NCBI GenBank assembly: GCA_027592325.1
Contig: JAQCKO010000005.1
Coordinates: 202 to 64,201 of the forward strand
Reading direction: 5' to 3'
DNA from: a bacterium
Lineage (GTDB): Bacteria > Patescibacteriota > Patescibacteriia > UBA9934
Length of the DNA: 64,000 nucleotides
The position numbers and the translations under genes are program-made. A model generated the notes under the pieces. The model did no database searches and was not told the DNA's origin. It saw only the letters and a list, made by a program, of their open reading frames with translations. The number at the start of each line of letters is the position of its first letter. The stretch's first letter is position 1. Of this stretch, positions 47,505 through 57,884 are shown one piece after another.

Positions 47505-49529
47505 CTACAAATTCTTCGCTCCATGTACCTCGAGCGTTCGCTCCTTCACTTCCTCCGTGTAGAATTCAAGTACATCTCCCACTTCAATCTTCGCCTTTCC
47601 TGCAAGTTCCATCCCAAATTGTGTTCCTTGCTGCACTTCTTTCACATCCACTTTTCCAGCCTGAAGCCCAATCACTTTTCCTTCCGCTAAAATCTCGCCC
47701 GCACGCGTCACACGAGCTGTTGCACCAAGCTGAATGACGCCTTTTTTCACCTGACCACCAATCACCATGCCCTTTACGGTTTTCTTAAAAACCGCAAGCA
47801 CCTCGGCTGTTCCAAGCTCGATGTACACATGTTCTGCGGGAATCAGCAGGCGTAGCTTGTCAACAACATCTTCAAACAACTTATAAATGACGTTGTACGA
47901 ATGAATTGAAATATTCTTATCGCGCGCAAGTGACTCTGCCGCACTCGTCGCCTTGACATTGAAGGCAATGAGCATAGCTCCTGTTGCTTCCGCATTTAAG
48001 ACCTCTGCATCATTCACATTTCCAAGCCCTTTTTGCACCACTTTTGCTCCAACGTATGGGTTGTCGATTTTTTCAACCATTCCGAGAATCGCTTCAAGTG
48101 ATCCTAGCACATCCGATTTAATAATGAGGTTCAGTGTAATACGTTCCTTCTCCGTATCTTCATCTTGCGATTTCACCTGCTTTGTTACAGAAACATCATT
48201 CACCCCTGCTTTGCGCGTTGGTTGTGATTTGAGTTTTTCGAGATTCTTGACGTCTTCAGGAACCTCAAGCACATCTCCGACCGAAGGTGCTTCTTTGAAG
48301 CCTAAAATACGCACAGGTGTTGATGGCGCTGCCTCATTTGCATCTTGTCCATCCCATGTCTTCATGGCGCGTACTTTTCCAAAATTGACTGCACGTACAC
48401 CAAGCACATCTCCGCGTTTCAATGTACCTGTTTGCACCAAAACAGTCGCAACTGGCCCCTGCCCTTTGTCGACATGCGATTCGATAATCGTTCCAATCGC
48501 GCGGCGATGTGGATCGGCAACAATTGTCTCCTTTTCCATATCAGCAACAAGAATAAGCATGTCGAGCAGCTGATCAACATGCTGACCTGTTTTCGCTGAA
48601 ACAGGTACACAAATGGTTTTTCCACCCCAATCTTCTGGAACAAGTCCGTGTTCACCAAGCTGTCCTTTTACCATCTCGGCATTTGCGCCTTCTTTATCAA
48701 TTTTGTTAATCGCAACAACAAACGGAAGGCCTGCTGCCTTAATAATATCGATTGCCTCGCGCGTTTGCGGTTGAATTCCATCATCAGCAGCAACGACTAA
48801 GATCGCAATATCAGCAACTTTTGCTCCGCGCGATCGCATCACCGTAAAGGCTTCGTGACCAGGAGTGTCGATGAATGTCAAAAGACGATCGTTGCGTACC
48901 GCTTGATACGCCCCAATATGCTGTGTGATTCCCCCATGCTCACCAGAAACGACATTCGCGCTTCTGATCGTATCGAGGAGCAATGTTTTTCCATGATCAA
49001 CATGGCCCATGACAACAATCACCGGCGGCCGTGCCTCACGAATCGCCCCTTCTTCAGAAAGCGCTTCTTCCAATCGATCAACACCATCTTCATCCTTTAA
49101 CGATTCTGCGCCTTCAATTTCCGTAATATACCCAAGATCTTCCGCGATGATTGTCGCCGTCTCGAAATCAATCCGTTCATTCAAACTGGCAAGCACTCCT
49201 GCACGCATCAGCTCTTTCATTACATCAGAAAGGGACATATTCAAGCGTTCAGCAAATTCACGCACCGTAAGCGTTTGTGGGATGCTGATCTTCTCTGCGG
49301 TTCCGTCTTGCACGCGTTTTTTACGATCGAGACGTGCCTGCTGCTCAACTTTTTTGCGCTGCAAATCTTGACGATGCTTGTACTGACGCCATGCATATTG
49401 CACGCGTCCCACATCGCGATCGGGAATTTTGAGCGCTTTTTCTCCAATATCAAACCCAAGCAGCGGAAGCTTAGAGCGTAGCTCGTCTGGCGAAACGCGC
49501 ATTCGGCGCGCAAGTTCGGAAATATTCAT
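47505..49529 (-). CDS. infB: translation initiation factor IF-2
   Basis: [29 protein letters not shown]. Confidence 0.98.
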   Translation of the reverse strand: MNISELARRMRVSPDELRSKLPLLGFDIGEKALKIPDRDVGRVQYAWRQYKHRQDLQRKKVEQQARLDRKKRVQDGTAEKISIPQTLTVREFAERLNMSLSDVMKELMRAGVLASLNERIDFETATIIAEDLGYITEIEGAESLKDEDGVDRLEEALSEEGAIREARPPVIVVMGHVDHGKTLLLDTIRSANVVSGEHGGITQHIGAYQAVRNDRLLTFIDTPGHEAFTVMRSRGAKVADIAILVVAADDGIQPQTREAIDIIKAAGLPFVVAINKIDKEGANAEMVKGQLGEHGLVPEDWGGKTICVPVSAKTGQHVDQLLDMLILVADMEKETIVADPHRRAIGTIIESHVDKGQGPVATVLVQTGTLKRGDVLGVRAVNFGKVRAMKTWDGQDANEAAPSTPVRILGFKEAPSVGDVLEVPEDVKNLEKLKSQPTRKAGVNDVSVTKQVKSQDEDTEKERITLNLIIKSDVLGSLEAILGMVEKIDNPYVGAKVVQKGLGNVNDAEVLNAEATGAMLIAFNVKATSAAESLARDKNISIHSYNVIYKLFEDVVDKLRLLIPAEHVYIELGTAEVLAVFKKTVKGMVIGGQVKKGVIQLGATARVTRAGEILAEGKVIGLQAGKVDVKEVQQGTQFGMELAGKAKIEVGDVLEFYTEEVKERTLEVHGAKNL

Positions 49530-49703
49530 GGGCGCAGACTACCGTTTTTCAGGCTTTTTGGCAAGTTTTGTCGCATTCATGCATTGGTACATCTTCCATA
49601 CCTGCAAGATCGGCCAAGCAACCCAGCATCGGGATGCGTCGCTAGGTGCAATAAGCCGAAGTAACTTGCTTTTTTGCTTCAAAACCATATACGCTGCCAG
49701 CAT

Positions 49704-50411
49704 ATGGAACAAAAAGAAGGCTTTCTTCTCATCAATAAGCCCGCTGGGATTACCTCGCATGATGTCGTCGACAAGCTGCGAAAAATTATCGGGATTAAGA
49801 AAATCGGTCATGCCGGCACGCTCGACCCCTTTGCAACCGGCCTTCTTTTAATGGCGATTGGACGTGGCGCAACAAAGCGTATTTCTGAATTCGTTGGCCT
49901 TCCGAAAACCTACCGAGCAACGTTTGTGCTCGGCGAGACAACCGAAACCCTCGACACAGAAAAAGAAGTTGTTCAAGACCCAAACTGGAATAACCTCGTT
50001 ATTTCAGACGATCATATCAATGAGGCAATCACCGGTATGATTGGCCCCTCAAAACAAATCCCACCAATGTATTCCGCGATCAAAAAAGGCGGAAAAAAAC
50101 TCTATGAACTCGCGCGAGAAGGGAAAGAAATTGTCCGCGACGCTCGCCCTATTACGATTCATCGCTTTCAATTACTTCAGCCGGCAAAGCGATTTAAAGA
50201 ACGCATTGAGCTTGAGGTTGAGCTTTCTGTTTCCTCGGGAACGTATGTTCGCGCAATCGCACGCGATCTTGCTGAAAAACTCGGTACCACAGGCTACACA
50301 TCTGTCCTTCACCGCACGGCGATAGATCAGTATTCAATCGATCGCGCAATCAATCTACAAGAACTTACATCCGATAATTGGCATTTAGGCCTATTTGAGC
50401 CACAAAATTGA
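49704..50411 (+). CDS. truB: tRNA pseudouridine(55) synthase
   Basis: GHAGTLDPFATG, PPMYSAIK, SGTYVRA. Confidence 0.97.
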   Translation: MEQKEGFLLINKPAGITSHDVVDKLRKIIGIKKIGHAGTLDPFATGLLLMAIGRGATKRISEFVGLPKTYRATFVLGETTETLDTEKEVVQDPNWNNLVISDDHINEAITGMIGPSKQIPPMYSAIKKGGKKLYELAREGKEIVRDARPITIHRFQLLQPAKRFKERIELEVELSVSSGTYVRAIARDLAEKLGTTGYTSVLHRTAIDQYSIDRAINLQELTSDNWHLGLFEPQN

Positions 50412-50494
50412 CGCTCATTTCACGCGCATGCTAGGCTTTTTACAATCGGAATTTTTCGATTGTACTTGTTTGATTTACTGGTAGCCATCGATCT

Positions 50495-52015
50495 ATGACA
50501 ATCTCAATACTTATCATTGGCCTCTTTATTGGAGGGGCATCTGGATACTTTGGACGCAAATACGCGACAAAAGACAAAATCGCTTCGGCAGAAAAGCACG
50601 CTGATGAACTTCTTCAATCAGCAAAACAGGAAAAGTCGGAACTCATTCTCGCAGCAAAAGAAGAAGCGCTAAAGCTAAAAGAAGCGGCAAAAGAGGTAGA
50701 ATCTGAAACACGAAACGAACTAAAAGAGATGGAACGCACGCTTCGCAGCCGCGAAGAGCGTTTTGCAGCTCAATTATTAGAATTGCAAAAAAAGCAAGAT
50801 ACCATCGATAAAACCGCTCGCGAGGCAGAAGCCCTCCGACTTACATTAAAAGAAGAACGTGACGAAATCCGAATAACCTTGGAAATGGTTGCTGGACTTT
50901 CCACTGAGGAGGCACTCAAATCCCTCGAAGATACCGTCGAACAGGAATATCAAGAAGCGCTGCTTTCACGCGTCAAAAAGCTTGAACGACAAAATGAGGA
51001 AGCCGTTGAGGCAGAGGCGCGAAAGATCCTTGCCCTCGCGATGCAGCGCTTTGCAAGCTCGCAATCTGTTGATCACTCCACGACCATGGTCGAGCTTCCG
51101 AGCGACGACATGAAAGGGCGGATCATTGGAAAAGAAGGTCGGAACATCAAGGCACTTGAGCGGCTTACGGGCTGTGAGCTTATTGTCGATGACACACCTG
51201 GCATGATTATGGTGAGCGGATTTTCTCCCGTGAGGCGTCAGGTCGCCAGACTTGCCATTGAGGACTTAGTGAAAGATGGACGCATTCAACCAGCGCGCAT
51301 TGAGGCCGCGATTGAAAAAGCAAAGAAAGATCTCGCCAAAGATATGCGGAAAGCTGGAGAAGAAGCGCTCATGGAACTTGGTATCCCCGTTTCATCTATC
51401 GATCCCAAACTGATTTCTATTCTAGGCCGACTAAAATTCCGCACAAGCTATGGACAGAATGTTCTGCAGCACTCAATCGAAGTTGCGCGTATTTCTGGGA
51501 TGATTGCTGCAGAAATTGGGGCTGATGTTTTCAATTGTAAAAAAGGAGGATTGTTCCATGACATTGGAAAAGCTGTTGACCACGATATGCAAGGAGCGCA
51601 TCCTGAAATCGGCTACAATATTATGAAGAAATTCGGTTTCCCTGAAGAGCTTTGTTATCAGTCTATTGCTCATCATGAAGATAAACCGCGCACACTAGAA
51701 GGTACCATTGTAAAAGCTGCCGACGCTATTAGCGGAGCGCGTCCAGGAGCACGCCGAAATTCCATCGAGGAATATATTCAGCGTCTTGAAAACCTTGAAA
51801 AAACAGCAAATGAATTTGAGGGCGTGGAAAAAGCGTATGCGATTCAAGCTGGCCGCGAAGTGCGCGTATTTGTGCACCCACAAAAGGTTGATGATTATGG
51901 CGCGCACAAATTGGCGAATATGATTGCGAAGAAAATTGAAAACGATCTCACCTACCCGGGAGAGGTAAAAGTGACCATTATTCGCGAGACACGTATTTCA
52001 GAATTTGCCCGTTAA
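50495..52015 (+). CDS. rny: ribonuclease Y
   Basis: TM, coiled coil, KH (KGRIIGKEGRNI), HD (HDIGKA). Confidence 0.98.
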   Translation: MTISILIIGLFIGGASGYFGRKYATKDKIASAEKHADELLQSAKQEKSELILAAKEEALKLKEAAKEVESETRNELKEMERTLRSREERFAAQLLELQKKQDTIDKTAREAEALRLTLKEERDEIRITLEMVAGLSTEEALKSLEDTVEQEYQEALLSRVKKLERQNEEAVEAEARKILALAMQRFASSQSVDHSTTMVELPSDDMKGRIIGKEGRNIKALERLTGCELIVDDTPGMIMVSGFSPVRRQVARLAIEDLVKDGRIQPARIEAAIEKAKKDLAKDMRKAGEEALMELGIPVSSIDPKLISILGRLKFRTSYGQNVLQHSIEVARISGMIAAEIGADVFNCKKGGLFHDIGKAVDHDMQGAHPEIGYNIMKKFGFPEELCYQSIAHHEDKPRTLEGTIVKAADAISGARPGARRNSIEEYIQRLENLEKTANEFEGVEKAYAIQAGREVRVFVHPQKVDDYGAHKLANMIAKKIENDLTYPGEVKVTIIRETRISEFAR

Positions 52016-52080
52016 CCCACAGGGATAATTGTAATTATTCGGAAGATTGGTAAAATACCTGAAATTTTTGTCAAAGAAAT

Positions 52081-52395
52081 ATGAATAAAGCAATACTCGC
52101 CCTCCGCATTGCTGAACATCTTGGAATACAGAAGAAAGAAGCTGAAGCATTTATTGCTGCTTTTCAGCAGATTACCACAGAAACACTCGGAAACAACGAA
52201 GATGTTACCATCGCCGGCTTTGGGACATTTTCAAGTCGTGTACGTTCTGCACGCCGCGGTGTGAACCCTCGAAACCCATCAGAAATGATTGACGTACCAG
52301 CAGTTAAGGTTCCAAAATTCAAAGCTGGTAAAGCCCTCAAGGATTCCCTGAAGGCGAGTATGAAGGGGTCAAGCGGTGAGGTGGAGCTTAGTTAG
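52081..52395 (+). CDS. hup: HU family DNA-binding protein
   Basis: GFGTF, RRGVNPR, PKFKAGKALKD. Confidence 0.96.
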   Translation: MNKAILALRIAEHLGIQKKEAEAFIAAFQQITTETLGNNEDVTIAGFGTFSSRVRSARRGVNPRNPSEMIDVPAVKVPKFKAGKALKDSLKASMKGSSGEVELS

Positions 52396-52409
52396 TGCGT
52401 AGAAAACAG

Positions 52410-52515
52410 AACAGCTTCCCTCATCTAGCGGCTCGAATCTGTGATACTCGCTCAACGTTCGCTTAAGTATGTCTTGTTTCGTTTCTCGGTTTTTATCGCT
52501 GTCTAAGGCAATATG
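52410..52515. repeat. ~110-nt element downstream of hup
   Basis: ACAGCTTCCCTCATCTAGCGGCTCGAATCTGTGATACTCGCTCAACG; similar to 8817-8920. Confidence 0.72.
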
Positions 52516-52610
52516 TGCTCTTCAAGCTGAAAGTTTCGTCTGGTATTGCTTATCATCCTGAGCGAGCAAAGCGAGTTGAAGGATCTATGCGAACATGACG
52601 AAACACGTGA

Positions 52611-52642
52611 AAACGCCCGCGAGTCCTTGGCTCGCGGGCGTT
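52611..52642. terminator. strong hairpin, likely terminator of a minus-strand small transcript
   Basis: AACGCCCGCGAG/CTCGCGGGCGTT. Confidence 0.6.
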
Positions 52643-52888
52643 GCGTTTAGGGGTGAGGATGAGGTGAGGCTACTCCTTCAAGAAGAGGTCGAGGATGAAT
52701 TCGACCTGTCCCAGGACAGTAGCATCGCTACCGTCGCGGAGTTCATCGACAATCGTCCTCTTTACTGCATAGCGACAAGCTATTCCACCTATGTGTATAT
52801 TCTCTGTCAACCAAAAAGAACGGTCAAAGCCGCTCGTTTACTCGCTGGATTCCGGGTCAAGCCCGGAATGACGATTTGTTTAGATAAG

Positions 52889-53010
52889 AGGACCGCTCAG
52901 ATTGCCTGAGATGACGGTGCAATTCGAGGACCAAAGTGAGGCGTACTTTCTGGTACGTTGAACGAGGACCGGAGAATTAAGCCGTCAGATTAGGTAAGCT
53001 GTGCGGTCCT
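52889..53010. repeat. complete ~120-nt palindromic element overlapping the proS stop
   Basis: Terminal inverted repeat AGGACCGC/GCGGTCCT; core GGCGTAC-TTTCTG-GTACGTT. Confidence 0.75.
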
Positions 53011-54256
53011 AGACGTTCTCTTCCACCAACATCTGCGCGGCTCGTTCTACCGCCTCTCCCAAATCCCAAATACCGCTCTCTCCGCTTGAGCGATCTTTCC
53101 ACTCAACCCCGCCAGCCTCAAGCGATTTTTTTGACACCAAAATGCGTACTGGGCATCCAATCAAATCGGCATCTTTGAGTTTTGCTCCTGGCGATGCATC
53201 AGCGCGGTCGTCGAAAAGCACCTCAAGACCAGCATCCTGCAAATCAGCGTAGAGGCTCTCTGCCTGCGCCATTTCATCTTCTCCTAATGCAACCAAATGC
53301 ACATGATACGGCGCCACTTCTTTTGGCCAAACCATTCCGTCATCGTCTGCAAGCACCTCGACAATCGATCCCATTAAACGCGAAATACCAATTCCATAGC
53401 AGCCCATAATCACATCGATATTCTTCCCTTCCGCACTATTCACGGTGAAATCGAATGCATGTGAGAATCGACATTCAAGCGGGAAAATATTCCCCACCTC
53501 AATCGCCTTTTTTATCTCATATTTCTCCTCATTCGCATGATCCGCTTCTTCAATAACCTCTTTGTTGAACGCTTCTCCCGTTTCGCGATCAATGTAAATA
53601 TGATCTTCGCCGGCTTCGGTCGCTACCTGAAATTCATGCGAATGCTTTTCGGTGAACACACCTCCCGAAGCTGCCGCAACAATAGCGTCAAGTCCGCAAC
53701 GTTTGTACACATTCAAATAGGCCTCTTTCATGCGTTCGTAATAGGCAAGAAAATCTTCTTCGGTAAGATGAAAGCTATACAAATCTTTCATAAGAAATTC
53801 ACGCCCGCGCAAAATCCCTGACTTTGCCCGTGGTTCATTCCGGAATTTATCGCGCATCTGATAAACGGCAACGGGAAAATCTTTATACGAATTTGCAAAG
53901 CTTTGCACAAGCGGCGTAATCACCTCTTCTGCCGTCGAGCTTAGCGCATATTCTTTCGATCCTGACCCTTCCGTTTTGAACAGCACATCGATTTTTTCCC
54001 AACGACCCGTCGCGTCATAAAGCGCTTTGGGATGAAGGAGAGGCATCGTTATTTCTTGCGCTCCAGTAGCATCCATTTCTTCTCGCACAATGGCTTCGAT
54101 CTTTCGAAGCGTACGAAGGCCAAGCGGCAAAAAGCTATACACTCCCGCAGCAAGCTGCTGCACAAATCCTGCCTGTGCTAAAAAGCGGGCATTTTTGCTA
54201 TCACTATCGGCTGGCGCTTCTTTGCGCGTTTTGGTAAACATCTTCGAATATCGCAT
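53009..54256 (-). CDS. proS: prolyl-tRNA synthetase, short form without the INS editing domain
   Basis: KFRNEPRAKSGILRGREFLMKD, IEVGNIF, MGCYGIGISR. Confidence 0.96.
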   Translation of the reverse strand: MRYSKMFTKTRKEAPADSDSKNARFLAQAGFVQQLAAGVYSFLPLGLRTLRKIEAIVREEMDATGAQEITMPLLHPKALYDATGRWEKIDVLFKTEGSGSKEYALSSTAEEVITPLVQSFANSYKDFPVAVYQMRDKFRNEPRAKSGILRGREFLMKDLYSFHLTEEDFLAYYERMKEAYLNVYKRCGLDAIVAAASGGVFTEKHSHEFQVATEAGEDHIYIDRETGEAFNKEVIEEADHANEEKYEIKKAIEVGNIFPLECRFSHAFDFTVNSAEGKNIDVIMGCYGIGISRLMGSIVEVLADDDGMVWPKEVAPYHVHLVALGEDEMAQAESLYADLQDAGLEVLFDDRADASPGAKLKDADLIGCPVRILVSKKSLEAGGVEWKDRSSGESGIWDLGEAVERAAQMLVEENV

Positions 54257-54267
54257 ACACATGGAGC

Positions 54268-55398
54268 TTAACGCTTGTTAAAGCGTGTGGCAAGGAAGGT
54301 TGAAATTGGAACCGTGAGAATAAGCGCCATGGTCCCTGCAATGGTGCGAACGAATTCCTCCGCAACAAGCTCTTCATTGAGGAACCTCAGCATGGTTATA
54401 TCGTCATTTAACAGAAAAAGTAGGAATAGCGGCAACGCAACTCCTACATAGGCAAGCACGAGCGTATTCACCACCGATGCAATATGATGCCGCCCAATAC
54501 GCATGGCGCGCTGATAAATGTCTTTATCTTCCAAATTCCCGTTCACTTCACGAAGCTCGGTAACGGTCTCTGCCTGCGTAATCGCAATATCGTCAAGAAC
54601 ACCAACGGCACCAAGAATCATTCCTGCGAGCAGAATTCCGCGCGGAATCACAAACTCTTGCGCTTCAAAGTAAAGAAGCACGGTTTCTTCTGAGGCAAGT
54701 CCCGAAAGTGAGGCAAGACCGGTGAACAGCCAAGCAAAAAATGCCGCAAGAGCAAGGCCAATAAGGGTGGATAGATATGCAAGCGCCGTACTTTTATTCA
54801 CGCCATGCGCCAAATGCATATTAACCCCAAGAATAACCGCTGACGCAATGATGGTCATGGATATCGGGTTTGCTCCGGCAAGAATGGATGGGAGAAGGAA
54901 GAAAAAGATAATCGCAAGGGTCGCAAGAAGACCCAAAATTGCAAGTAAACCGCGCTGATACCCAATGAGGACAATAAGTGCCCCAAAAAGAAGGGCGATG
55001 AAAAGAAGTGCGGGAATACGCACAATATCGACCAAAAACACCTGCACAGGTTCGCCATCTTGTAGAATAACCTGCAAATACACGCTGTCTCCAACCGAAA
55101 TATTATATCGAAGCCCTTCGACTAATGCTTCTGCTGTATCAACGGTATATTGTGCTCCATCTGCTTCCGCAATGAATTTGACTTGCCGCTGCCCGCCTAT
55201 CTCGCGGTCATCGACAATATTCACAATTTGCGCCTTCACTTCAAAACTTTCCACCTTAGGAAGCGATCCCTCTGCAAAATCCTCACCAAACAGCTCCTCT
55301 CCTTCTCCGGGCAAAAATGCTTCATTAGGATTTTGTGCATACACAGGCGCACCGGCAAAGAGAAGCACTCCAAATAGGGCAAAAAACCATCTTTTCAT
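54268..55398 (-). CDS. YibE/F family membrane protein
   Basis: GAVGVLDDIAITQ, VNTLVLAY, EFVRTIAG. Confidence 0.9.
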   Translation of the reverse strand: MKRWFFALFGVLLFAGAPVYAQNPNEAFLPGEGEELFGEDFAEGSLPKVESFEVKAQIVNIVDDREIGGQRQVKFIAEADGAQYTVDTAEALVEGLRYNISVGDSVYLQVILQDGEPVQVFLVDIVRIPALLFIALLFGALIVLIGYQRGLLAILGLLATLAIIFFFLLPSILAGANPISMTIIASAVILGVNMHLAHGVNKSTALAYLSTLIGLALAAFFAWLFTGLASLSGLASEETVLLYFEAQEFVIPRGILLAGMILGAVGVLDDIAITQAETVTELREVNGNLEDKDIYQRAMRIGRHHIASVVNTLVLAYVGVALPLFLLFLLNDDITMLRFLNEELVAEEFVRTIAGTMALILTVPISTFLATRFNKR

Positions 55399-55437
55399 AC
55401 TTTCCCATTGTAACATTTTCTGATACGATTTCATCGT

Positions 55438-56358
55438 ATGAAGCAACTGCCCTGGATTATTTTGATTATTGCAACGCTAGTGCTTGCAGGTTTTTTTGCA
55501 CTACGTGCTGATACAATTGCGCCGGAAGAAGAAATTGATGTCGCGACAACCATATTCCCGTTTTACGATATAACGCGCAATATTGTTGGCGATACCCTCT
55601 CGGTTGATTATTTGCTTCCAGCAGGCGCGTCGCCGCATACCTACGAACCAACGCCACGTGATGTCCACGTGCTCGCATCCGCGAAGGCTCTTTACACCGT
55701 TCACGAAAATTTTGACGGATGGGCCGTGCCACTCGGGGTGACACAAGGTATCGATACGATTGATTTGTCTACCGTCGTAGAACTCATCGAATTTACCGAT
55801 GCCGATCGTGACGAAAATCACGAAGATGACGATGATTCCGAGCAAACGCATGAAGGAGACGATCCGCATTACTGGTTAAGTTTCAACAACGCCACCATGC
55901 TTACGGCTGCCATTCGCGACGACCTAGCAGAACGCTTTCCTGAGCATGCAGCGATTTTCATGGACAACGCAGCTCGTTACATAGATGAATTGCAGCGTGC
56001 AAAACGTCAGGCAGAGCTTGCCATGACCGGAGTCGAGAATCCGCATCTTATAACCATGCATGGTGCATGGGCCTACTTTGCGACAGATTTAAACCTTGAA
56101 ATTGTCGGAAGCTTTGAACCGGAAGCAGGTCAAAGTCCAACTGCTCGTGACCTAGAAGAAGTATCAGAACTTGTCAAGCAATACGGAATCACCACCATTT
56201 ACACTGAACCTCAACTTTCAGAAGCGGCCGTTGCAAGTTTCGCGAATGATACAAGGCTAAACATTGCCATTCTTGACCCACTTGGAGGCCTTCCAGGGCG
56301 TGAGACTTTTATTGATTTAATGCTCTACAATGTCAACACCGTCGCTGACACACAATAA
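55438..56358 (+). CDS. znuA: Zn/Mn ABC transporter substrate-binding protein
   Basis: SPHTYEP, acidic/His loop, DPHYWL, HGAWAYF, LDPLG. Confidence 0.9.
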   Translation: MKQLPWIILIIATLVLAGFFALRADTIAPEEEIDVATTIFPFYDITRNIVGDTLSVDYLLPAGASPHTYEPTPRDVHVLASAKALYTVHENFDGWAVPLGVTQGIDTIDLSTVVELIEFTDADRDENHEDDDDSEQTHEGDDPHYWLSFNNATMLTAAIRDDLAERFPEHAAIFMDNAARYIDELQRAKRQAELAMTGVENPHLITMHGAWAYFATDLNLEIVGSFEPEAGQSPTARDLEEVSELVKQYGITTIYTEPQLSEAAVASFANDTRLNIAILDPLGGLPGRETFIDLMLYNVNTVADTQ

Positions 56359-57073
56359 ACGCCACCTAAACGCCATCGAACTTGAACGCATTACAACCTA
56401 TTATGGGGAGGAAAAAGTACTCGATCGTATTTCTTTTAGCGTAAAAAAAGGAGATGTTGCTGCGATCATTGGCCCGAATGGATCAGGAAAAACAACACTT
56501 GTCAAAGTCATTGTTGGGCTCATTACTCCGCAGAATGGTCGCGTTCAGCTGTTCGGAAAAAAACCGCAAAGCCTTCATGGCCGCATTGGCTATGTTCCGC
56601 AACGGTTTACATTCGACCGTCACTTCCCCATCTTGGTGGATGAGTATCTCAATCTCGCTCGCGCACAACGCACCAATACCAAGGCATTACAAAAAGCTAT
56701 TTCAGAAGTAGGGCTTCAACCGAGTATTCTGCATGAACGCATTGGGACGCTTTCTGGTGGTCAACTTCAACGTATTCTCATCGCACAAGCGATTTTAAAT
56801 ACACCAGATATTTTGATTCTTGATGAACCTTCAACGGGTATCGACATTGTTGGTGAAGCCGTGTTTTATGAGATTTTGAAGCACCTGAACGAAGAACATG
56901 GAACGACCATTATTATGGTGTCTCATGACGTTTCGCGCATCGCAAATATCGTCACCAAGGTCATCTGCCTCAATAAAAAACTTATTTGCGCCGGGCCGCC
57001 ACGCCAAGCGCTGACAGAGAAGCGTCTCAAAGAACTCTACGGCCCTCACACCAATCATCACGAGCATCACTAA
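56330..57073 (+). CDS. znuC: Zn/Mn ABC transporter ATP-binding protein
   Basis: GPNGSGKT, LSGGQ, LDEP, His-rich tail. Confidence 0.9.
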   Translation: MSTPSLTHNKRHLNAIELERITTYYGEEKVLDRISFSVKKGDVAAIIGPNGSGKTTLVKVIVGLITPQNGRVQLFGKKPQSLHGRIGYVPQRFTFDRHFPILVDEYLNLARAQRTNTKALQKAISEVGLQPSILHERIGTLSGGQLQRILIAQAILNTPDILILDEPSTGIDIVGEAVFYEILKHLNEEHGTTIIMVSHDVSRIANIVTKVICLNKKLICAGPPRQALTEKRLKELYGPHTNHHEHH

Positions 57074-57074
57074 T

Positions 57075-57884
57075 ATGGCGCTAATCGAAATTTTTTCCTC
57101 CACCTTCATGCTACGTGCGCTCATAAGCGGTCTTTTTGTGGGAGCGTTGCTTGCAGCACTTGGAGTATTTACCACTCTCCGCCGCATGAGTTTTTTCGGA
57201 GAAGGCATCGCTCACGCGTCGCTTGCTGGAATTGCAATAGGATTATTGTCTGGCTTTGCTCCGCTTCCCATTGCTGTCATTTGGGGTCTCCTTATTGCTC
57301 TTCTCATCTATTTGCTCGAAGAAAAGAGTGTCATTTCATCCGATAGCCTGATTGGGATTTTTTTTACGTCTTCGATGGCGTTTGGTGTCATATTGATCGG
57401 TTTTATCCCAGGATATCAGCCAGAACTACTATCGTTTCTTTTCGGGAACATCCTCACCATTCAGAATAGCGATGTATTACTCATCACCATTCTATGTACC
57501 GTTGGCCTAGCCTGGCTCTCTGTTGCCCAAAGACAGCTCGCTTATCTTTCTTTTTCAGAAGAGAGTGCCATCGTTGGTGGAATTTCAAAAACGGCCTTCC
57601 TGTTGCCGTTTTATCTACTTACCTCCGTCGCTATTGTCCTTGGAGTAAAAATTCTTGGAATTATTCTCGTTTCTGCCCTCATGATCATTCCCGCCGCTAC
57701 CAGCCGAAACATGACGCATTCATTCCGAGGCTATGTTATAGGATCAATTGTCATTGCTGAGCTTTCTGTTTTTCTTGGCCTGATTGCATCGTACAGTCTT
57801 GATCTTCCCTCAGGTGCCACGATTGTTCTCACTGGATCAAGCCTCTTCCTCTTCAGTCTTTTTTCAAAGGCTCTTACATCATAA
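57075..57884 (+). CDS. znuB: Zn/Mn ABC transporter permease
   Basis: RRMSFFGEGIAHASL, FLFGNIL, LPSGATIV. Confidence 0.9.
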   Translation: MALIEIFSSTFMLRALISGLFVGALLAALGVFTTLRRMSFFGEGIAHASLAGIAIGLLSGFAPLPIAVIWGLLIALLIYLLEEKSVISSDSLIGIFFTSSMAFGVILIGFIPGYQPELLSFLFGNILTIQNSDVLLITILCTVGLAWLSVAQRQLAYLSFSEESAIVGGISKTAFLLPFYLLTSVAIVLGVKILGIILVSALMIIPAATSRNMTHSFRGYVIGSIVIAELSVFLGLIASYSLDLPSGATIVLTGSSLFLFSLFSKALTS

